Below, one piece after another: positions 41,030-47,405 of a stretch of DNA of 47,405 bases. The notes beneath the pieces are model-generated. The model had not been told where the DNA came from, ran no database searches, and worked only from the letters and a program-made list of their open reading frames with translations. Position numbers and translations under genes: made by a program. The DNA is from Candidatus Ancaeobacter aquaticus (lineage in GTDB: Bacteria > Auribacterota > Ancaeobacteria > Ancaeobacterales > Ancaeobacteraceae). The stretch covers positions 1 to 47,405 of the forward strand of contig JAVCCP010000041.1 of NCBI GenBank assembly GCA_030765405.1, read 5' to 3'. Position 1 is the stretch's first letter, and each line of letters starts with the position of its first letter.

Positions 41030-41215
41030 GCTTGCACCCAGACCTGTCGGGGTCTATTTCTACCCGCAAATTGATTTCCATAGAATTGTGCCTTGTGGGT
41101 AGAAGTAGCTCCGATAACTCGGAGGCATGTCATGGATTGTTTATCTTTTCGCGCCCCTGCGCGCCCGCTGTCGCTTCAATAGCGGGTTACAATGGCGCGC
41201 TTCCACCCTAACAGG
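41030..41215 (-). ncRNA. Structured GC-rich non-coding element, possibly an IS110-type non-coding end
   Basis: Four hairpins: 41040-41055, 41058-41104 (11/12-bp stem), 41109-41124, 41150-41199 (two stems with 7/8-nt internal loop). Identity is inferred. Confidence 0.5.
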
Positions 41216-41314
41216 AAGGAATATGGTTTAAAGGAAAAGAAAAGGTATGTCTATGGAAAAGTATGGAGCAAAAATAATCTCCTTTAAGGATTTAGCAGAT
41301 AAAATAGGAATGAA

Positions 41315-44300
41315 TTATGCTGCACTTTCTACTCCTTTTTTTGATTCACTGTATGAATTTATATCTACCGTCCGTGCCGGCAGCAACTTTTCGGCTTCGG
41401 GTGTTAAAACAACAGGTTTTTCTTCCTCAGCTTTGGCAACTTTTGCCGCCAATACGATTACTGCTGTTACTTTGTCTCTGGCACCGGCAGTTTTTGAGAC
41501 AAACTTGCCATTAACCCGTTTTATGACATCTGGTCCATTTGCTAATAAGAATAATTCCTGTATAGGGTCATTTCTTTTACTGCTTTCTTTTGCAACTATG
41601 GCCTGTACTTCTTCTATGGTATAACCAATTTCTTTTCCTTTATCTCCTGTTAGGTTAATCATTACAATATTGCCTCTTTTGGTAATACCTATTAGATTAT
41701 GAGGATAACGTGACTTTATGAGACGCACATTCAAAAAACGATTATCAACAATACTATACTCTCCTTCTTTTAAAGGTCCTTTTCCTTCCTTTTCCCAATA
41801 ACCACGATGTTCGGCCTCAAGTCCATACTCCTTAATTTGCTCGAGGGTGTAGCCGTCGTTAAAATATGGCTGTAAATCAATATTTTCTAAAAGACCATCA
41901 TTATTCAATACATCCAATAATTTTTTTCTGTCTACAGGATGATCTTTTTTAGGCAGCGATAAGAAGAGTTCCGTCCAACCAATCCCGTCCTTCCAGGCCT
42001 TATCCTGAACAATTTGCGGAAACAGGTACAAGTGAAACATATCATCAAACTGGTTATATATCTCTTCCCATGAAACGGGTTTACCTTTATGTATCAATCT
42101 CTCTCCAAAAAATGCCAGTTCAATATTTCCGGCCTGATCGCCTTCTAAACCTTTTATATATACTTTAACCTCATTAGTTGTTTTTTCTTTTTCAAATGTA
42201 ACATCTTCAGATGTAATACCTTTTTCTTTATCTTTCCACCTGACAATCATTGTATATTTTTGCTCGGGAGCAAAAACAGGTTCGCCTGCCCGATGAAATA
42301 TTTTTCTATCCTTAAAAACAACAAACATTGCATTAAACAAATAATTGCCATAAGAATATGTTGATACTTGATCATATTTACTATCCTCTTCTATTGGTGT
42401 TACAGTTTCTGCAATATCCAAAACAGGTCTGGGAGCATCTGTTCTTTCAATGCCATCAATAAACACCTTTGCAGGTACTTCTGTGCGGTCTGATACAAAA
42501 CGTTCTGACATCTCTTCGTTACAAACTATAATCAAATCATTCAGCATAGGATAAAAAATATCCCAAACGATCGGATATACTTCCAGATCAGGACGACTGC
42601 CTTTAAGTCTTGTCCACTTAACAACATCGTCATCTGACATCTTGACCATTTGATCTATCGCATGTAAGACTGCGAGACTTTCATCTTTAATCCCCGGGTG
42701 ATCTTTCCTGTATTGCCTTATATAATTCTCATAAACAGGAACAAGAACCTCTTCAGCCGCTGCTATTGCCTCAGGTGTATTAGACACCTTAAATATCTTT
42801 TCTACAATTAAATCGCGTCTGCATGTATTCTTTACTGTGGTTGCTTTGTTAACAAGTGCAGCAATAAATTCTAGGTCTTCTTTTAAAAAAGCACCTAAAG
42901 CAACCTCAACAACAACATTGTCAAAATCCTTATCAATGCGTTTTTCCAGCTCAGATTGACCAATTTTATCCAAATGTAAAAGACCTAAAATAGATTTTGG
43001 AATATCATTATAAGTAAATAACCCGTATTTCAAACCAAACATAATATCTTCAACAGCGCCTTCAACACTCTCACATGCAATAGCAATTTTTGCCTCATCA
43101 GATATTTTAGCTTTTGTGTTTATATCAAAATTCAATAGATCAATCTTTAATGCTTCTGACAATGAGAACCCATCTTGTTCCAATAAATCAATATTATGCT
43201 GTTTTGCATTGTAACCTGCTTCTTTTTGCTTTTTTCCCAAGCTTCCCAAATTCATAAAATGGCGAAAAGGTAAAGCAGCATAATCATGTGTTAGTCCTAT
43301 AAATTCAGCTAACTCAGGTTTTGCTCCAAAACGTTCAGCTATTGTGCGAGATACCTTAGCAACTCTCAAGTCATGCCCTTTTACTGCTAAACTTGTAACG
43401 TGTTTTCTTTCCATGTCGGGACCTATACCTGTAAAACCTAAAACCTGACCCAATCTTTTAAAATTGGGCATATTTTTCAATTTATTTATATCTTCAAATG
43501 TTATTTTTTCCAAACCAGCAAATTTTGCTTCTTCTTCCTCAGCTTTGGTAGGTTTAGCCATTTTGACTTTTCCCTTAGTAAAATAAGCAGGCTCTACGAT
43601 ATTATTTATGCCATTCACAAAACTCTTACGGATTTTGGCAATTTGAGCAGGTTCACGCTCCTTTGATTTAATCCATACATAATGAGGGCCTACATTTGGC
43701 AAATTTAATGGTGTTTTATTTGCAAGTGGTAAATTTAATTCGGATAGTTCACGGAAATCAGCAGTAATATCATGACATAAAAATAAACCATTTTCATCCA
43801 ATGGCAATAGGCAAGCATTTATAAACTCTTGAGTAAACAGATCGAGTTGAACCCCAAAACCAAAGCAAATATCATAACCGTCTTTTGTCTCTCCTATCTT
43901 ATCAGGTGTATATTTAGTAAAATCTTCGCGGTATAAAATAATTTTTCTCGGTTTGTTTTTTGATTCGCCTTCAAAATTAAAGCTGAAGATTAACTTGCCG
44001 CCGTTTCCGAGAGTGCCTGCTTCGTCAATTGCTATGTTTTTTCCACCCAGGTTTTTAATTTTTGACCCGTATATTTCTATAATGTCCTCTTTGGTTAGGT
44101 ATTCCAGAGGATCAACGCCTACTATAGTTTGAGCATTAGTACCTAAAAGAACCCTCTCAATATCTTCTCCTATGCCGGGATAGTAGACCGTATTTATATC
44201 TTTAGTTTTAAGTTCTTCGACTGTGGCTTTGATAAGATCTATTAGTTGTTCTCTTTCGATTTCCATCTCTTCAGATGTTAGTTTCGTGTGCGGATCTGCT

Positions 44301-45100
44301 TCGGCTGTTAATGAATCTTCAACTTTGGCGCGGGGTAATTCTCTGTAACCGCAGGCAATCCCATTGTCATCAATAATGACCATTGCAACGGAATTCTCAT
44401 TTTTCATTTTTTTCAAATAATCCTTAGTGGTATCTATATCCAGACTGGTTAAAAAATCCCTTACCATAGAGACCTTGATTTCATCCTTATCTCTTGACCA
44501 AGATCTAAAGGCTTCTTTCAGGATAGGTATATTTTCTTGATTGCATACGATTACACGTAGTTTGTGAACATTTCCGCCGGCATCTTTGCTGTCCATGACG
44601 GAATCCAGTGGATCTGAAACACGTTTTAGTTTGCCTCTTTCATATTTAACAAAGTGATACTGGCGCCCGATAGCAAATTCAAAACCATGCTTGCATTCAA
44701 ACCAGCAGATATTAGGTAATTTTTCCTTAAGTTTTCTCTGTATTCCCTCAAGCCTTTTGGCTGTCAGCCGCTTACCACCCAATTCATCCAAATAGCCATT
44801 AATAGCAGTTAATACAAATCCGTATTGAATCTCTATCTGATCATCCAAATCCTGAACCTTTGAAGAAGGAGCAAGTTTATTTCTTTCGATCTGCAGTCTA
44901 TGGTTCCCGAATGGAGAATCCCACTGGGGTTTTGCTTCGGGATCCCGAAGATATTCTACTTTGGACACATCATTCGGGACTGTAGTCTGTGGACTGTAGT
45001 CTGGGATTGCCCAGGCAATATTCTGGCATAGAAAAGATATCATTACCGCGAGGGCGATAACCTTTATGAACAACTTTTTACTTGTTACTTTACTTTTCAT
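41315..45100 (-). CDS. Large secreted multidomain protein: SAM-MTase-like, dGTPase-like HD and NAGPA-like domains
   Basis: GAGG RBS before ATG 45100 (track start 45136 is GTG); signal ending NIAWA; VYYPGIGED..VGVDP; FKRL..GHDLRVA..THDYAALPFRH..MSD; RYPHNLIGIT..GYTIEEV..LANG. Confidence 0.85.
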   Translation of the reverse strand: MKSKVTSKKLFIKVIALAVMISFLCQNIAWAIPDYSPQTTVPNDVSKVEYLRDPEAKPQWDSPFGNHRLQIERNKLAPSSKVQDLDDQIEIQYGFVLTAINGYLDELGGKRLTAKRLEGIQRKLKEKLPNICWFECKHGFEFAIGRQYHFVKYERGKLKRVSDPLDSVMDSKDAGGNVHKLRVIVCNQENIPILKEAFRSWSRDKDEIKVSMVRDFLTSLDIDTTKDYLKKMKNENSVAMVIIDDNGIACGYRELPRAKVEDSLTAEADPHTKLTSEEMEIEREQLIDLIKATVEELKTKDINTVYYPGIGEDIERVLLGTNAQTIVGVDPLEYLTKEDIIEIYGSKIKNLGGKNIAIDEAGTLGNGGKLIFSFNFEGESKNKPRKIILYREDFTKYTPDKIGETKDGYDICFGFGVQLDLFTQEFINACLLPLDENGLFLCHDITADFRELSELNLPLANKTPLNLPNVGPHYVWIKSKEREPAQIAKIRKSFVNGINNIVEPAYFTKGKVKMAKPTKAEEEEAKFAGLEKITFEDINKLKNMPNFKRLGQVLGFTGIGPDMERKHVTSLAVKGHDLRVAKVSRTIAERFGAKPELAEFIGLTHDYAALPFRHFMNLGSLGKKQKEAGYNAKQHNIDLLEQDGFSLSEALKIDLLNFDINTKAKISDEAKIAIACESVEGAVEDIMFGLKYGLFTYNDIPKSILGLLHLDKIGQSELEKRIDKDFDNVVVEVALGAFLKEDLEFIAALVNKATTVKNTCRRDLIVEKIFKVSNTPEAIAAAEEVLVPVYENYIRQYRKDHPGIKDESLAVLHAIDQMVKMSDDDVVKWTRLKGSRPDLEVYPIVWDIFYPMLNDLIIVCNEEMSERFVSDRTEVPAKVFIDGIERTDAPRPVLDIAETVTPIEEDSKYDQVSTYSYGNYLFNAMFVVFKDRKIFHRAGEPVFAPEQKYTMIVRWKDKEKGITSEDVTFEKEKTTNEVKVYIKGLEGDQAGNIELAFFGERLIHKGKPVSWEEIYNQFDDMFHLYLFPQIVQDKAWKDGIGWTELFLSLPKKDHPVDRKKLLDVLNNDGLLENIDLQPYFNDGYTLEQIKEYGLEAEHRGYWEKEGKGPLKEGEYSIVDNRFLNVRLIKSRYPHNLIGITKRGNIVMINLTGDKGKEIGYTIEEVQAIVAKESSKRNDPIQELFLLANGPDVIKRVNGKFVSKTAGARDKVTAVIVLAAKVAKAEEEKPVVLTPEAEKLLPARTVDINSYSESKKGVESAA

Positions 45101-45355
45101 TCTTTCCTCAAAATCCATTTCATTTAGGGAAAACACAACGTACCTCCGTGGTATCTAAACCTTTTAGTTTTTAGACCCTTCCTTAATAATGCACAGGAAG
45201 GTTTAGCCTTTAGGGTTAGACACAAAAACATTTTCTTTTCTGGCATTCTCGCAAGAAAAATTTCCTTTTTATAAAAATAATATCAGGACATAGGATAAAA
45301 ATATAAAAACTAATATAAATATCCTACTCCTAACACATTACTTATCATTATTGAT

Positions 45356-45384
45356 ATTATAAACTATAAAATCTGTTTTGTCAA
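45356..45384 (-). promoter_or_regulatory. Perfect consensus sigma-70 promoter for the large gene
   Basis: TTGACA-N17-TATAAT, implying a leader of about 250 nt. Confidence 0.8.
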
Positions 45385-45429
45385 TAGGGATATTGCTAAG
45401 TATCTGCGTAGCAGTAGGATAAAAAAACA

Positions 45430-45943
45430 AATACTAAGAAAATTGGAAAAAACTTCAATCTGAAAGAATCCGAGAAACATCACGCGTAGAAAGAGAATTG
45501 AATGAGTTAAAACAAATGGACACAAGAGTATTCGAACTCATGGTAAAAGGCACTATCAGCGAAGAAGTATACAAACAAAAAGTTGGTGGAATCAAGAATC
45601 AAATTTTTGTCAAAAGATCGAACTTAATGAAAACAACATAGAGAGAAACGATATTGAAGCTTGCCTAAATTACTGTGCACAATTCTTATCTAATATGGCA
45701 AAACTTTGGGAAGGTTCAGATTTAAATCAAAAACAACGATTGCAAACGGTAATATTTCCCGAGGGCGTAAAATACGACGGAAAAGCTTATCGAACTCCCG
45801 TAACCGCCCGAATATTCAAGCAGTTACATGCGAATAACTCCCCTGAATCACATTTGGTAGCCCCAACGGATAGCAGTTTGAACTCTGTAATAACAGATTT
45901 AATGAATATATATAAGCTTAAAGATTTACTACCAGACATCTAA
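45430..45943 (+). pseudogene. C-terminal remnant of a large serine recombinase
   Basis: Coiled coil ..FELMVKGTISEEVYKQK.., frameshift in the A run at ~45612, then IELNENN..LWEGSDLNQKQRLQTVIFPEGVKYDG..RTP. No catalytic N-terminus or start. Confidence 0.75.
45855..45869 (-). other. tRNA-3'-end-like att core
   Basis: Minus strand CCGT-TGGGGCT-A-CCA resembles T-stem 3' strand + acceptor strand + CCA; it lies inside the recombinase 3' end (VAPT). Confidence 0.55.
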
Positions 45944-45979
45944 CATGTTGATTATTAAGTTTTTTTTAAATGCTTTTTT

Positions 45980-46105
45980 CTCCGAACTCCAAACTAAATG
46001 ACATAGCGTATAGCGGACAGCGTATAGTTAAAAATATTTCTTTCCTAAACGCTATACGCTAAAAAGAACGCTCTACGCTGTAAATATCCCGACTCCGAAC
46101 TAAAT
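45980..46105. repeat. Heptamer-based inverted repeat flanked by 14-bp direct repeats
   Basis: TAGCGTATAGCGGACAGCGTATAGTT faces AACGCTATACGCTA..AACGCTCTACGCTG; flanks are ACTCCAAACTAAAT (45986) and ACTCCGAACTAAAT (46092). Confidence 0.8.
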
Positions 46106-46120
46106 AAATAGGTATGACCC

Positions 46121-47278
46121 CACTAGTGTCCGGTTAAAAATATATCATTTTTCATAGTTCTTTGAAATATATATAGTTATAGAACAAATATCATTTTTCG
46201 ATTTGAATGATGTTGTATACTTTGGTCATAATTAGAAAGAGATGACCAATGAATTCCGGGAAAATGGTATTTTCACAGATCATGGATTTTTTACCGATTT
46301 ACGAATTTAAAAAATGCGTTAAACGTTATCAAGGTAATTACAAAGTAAGAAATTTTTCATGTTTAGATCAATTTATTTGCATGGCTTTTGCTCAATTAAC
46401 GTTCCGTGAAAGTTTACGTGACATTGAAGCATGTTTGCGTTCTATGAAAAATAAACTTTATCACATAGGTATTCGCGGTAATGTTTCTCGCAGCACATTA
46501 GCAGATGCAAATAACACTAGAGATTGTCTTATTTATGCCGATTTTGCTCAAGTATTAATTCATAGAGCTAGATGTTTATACTCAAAAGACGATCTTAGTA
46601 TTAATCTTAAAGAAACTGTTTATGCCTTAGATTCAACTACTATTGAACTATGCTTATCCCTTTTTCCATGGGCAAGCTATTGCAAAAAACAAGCTGGTAT
46701 TAAGTTAAATACATTACTAGACCTTAGAGGATCTATACCATCTGTTGTCGATATTACAAGCGTTAAAAATCATGATGTAAATTTTATTGATTTTTTAATT
46801 CCGGAACCAGGATCTTTCTATATCATGGATAGAGCATATCTCTCTTTTAAACGTCTTTATTCTTTAAATCAAGCTCATTCATTTTTTGTAGTTCGATCAA
46901 AAAAGAATATTCATTATAAAAGGCTTTATTCCCATAATGTTGATAGATCAACTGGATTACGATGTGATCAAACAATAGTTCTAACAGGTAAATACTCTAC
47001 AAATGATTATCCAGACAAACTCAGAAAAATCGTTTTTTATGATAAAGATAACAACAATCGTTTAACTTTTTTTACAAATAACTTTATGCTTTCAGCTCAA
47101 ACTATCGCGGATCTTTACAAGCAACGTTGGAAAATTGAATTATTTTTTAAATGGATTAAGCAGCATTTAAGAATTAAAAAGTTCTTTGGTATTTCAAAAA
47201 ACGCAGTTAAAACACAAATCTGGATTGCTATATCAGTTTATGTTTTAATAGCAATTATAAAAAAACAGCTTAAATTAG
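46121..47278 (+). mobile_element. IS4-family insertion sequence, right end missing
   Basis: Probable left TIR CACTAGTGTCCGGTTAAA at 46121; no matching right TIR in the window; very AT-rich. Confidence 0.78.
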
Positions 47279-47388
47279 GTAACTACTCAGGTACCCTGTA
47301 TAGTGTTGCCATAAAGGGTTTGCCGGCGATGGCGTTGGAGAGAACTCCAATGGGATTGACAGAGTTCTTTTTTGCAGTTGATATATAG
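46249..47388 (+). pseudogene. IS4 transposase (DUF4372 + DDE_Tnp_1) with replaced C-terminus
   Basis: FAQLTFRESLRDIE, ALDSTT, IMDRAY, YKQRWKIELFFKWIKQ; homology stops at IKKQLKL (~47277). Confidence 0.85.
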
Positions 47389-47405
47389 CTGCGGATACGG
47401 CAAAA
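47279..47405. mobile_element. Probable end of a second IS/MITE inserted in the IS4 transposase
   Basis: GTAACTACTCAG TIR-like motif exactly where transposase homology ends, with an abrupt rise in GC and an AGAACTC/GAGTTCT hairpin. Confidence 0.5.

Noticed and set aside
41030..41215. Integron attC site or group II intron reading of the structured element
   Set aside because: A GTTAGGG core exists on the minus strand, but there is no matching RYYYAAC-bounded single hairpin and no integrase; there is no GUGYG start or domain V either.
41247..41624. 125-aa plus-strand ORF
   Set aside because: Mostly antisense to the large gene's 3' end; only the first ~22 codons are free and may be a gene scrap.
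45155..45215. c-di-GMP-I riboswitch in the large gene's leader
   Set aside because: The GGCAAAC..GAAA..GACGCAAAGC consensus is absent; only superficial similarity.
1..47405. CRISPR array, DGR or retron
   Set aside because: No regularly spaced repeat-spacer units, no reverse transcriptase ORF and no TR/VR pair were seen.

Overview
AT-rich chromosomal segment of a probably diderm bacterium. The signal-peptide/C-terminal style of the large protein and the pilin types look Omnitrophota/PVC-like, but this is inference. Positions 236-31539 are core genes: ychF; dnaK-dnaJ-rsmE-mtaB behind grpE; a Bacillus-type pyrR-B-C-carA-carB-pyrK-D-F operon with a recognisable PyrR attenuator; uppS-cdsA-dxr-rseP-ispG-proS; purA; tig-clpP-clpX-lon. 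Next come an orphan five-gene pilin/pseudopilin set, a Tat-type DUF362 plus polyferredoxin plus DUF6599 module, and a membrane-anchored helical-repeat protein. From about 40850 there is a decayed island: an internally deleted ATPase, a ~190-nt highly structured non-coding element, an intact 1261-aa secreted multidomain protein (methyltransferase-like + dGTPase-like HD + NAGPA-like) with a perfect consensus promoter, a serine-recombinase remnant with a tRNA-3'-end att-like core, and an IS4 transposase cut by a second element. The left edge holds the 5' end of a group II intron abutting an 18-bp inverted repeat. Several REP-like palindromes and heptamer repeats occupy intergenic gaps. All domain and RNA calls come from motif recognition by eye, with no database searches.
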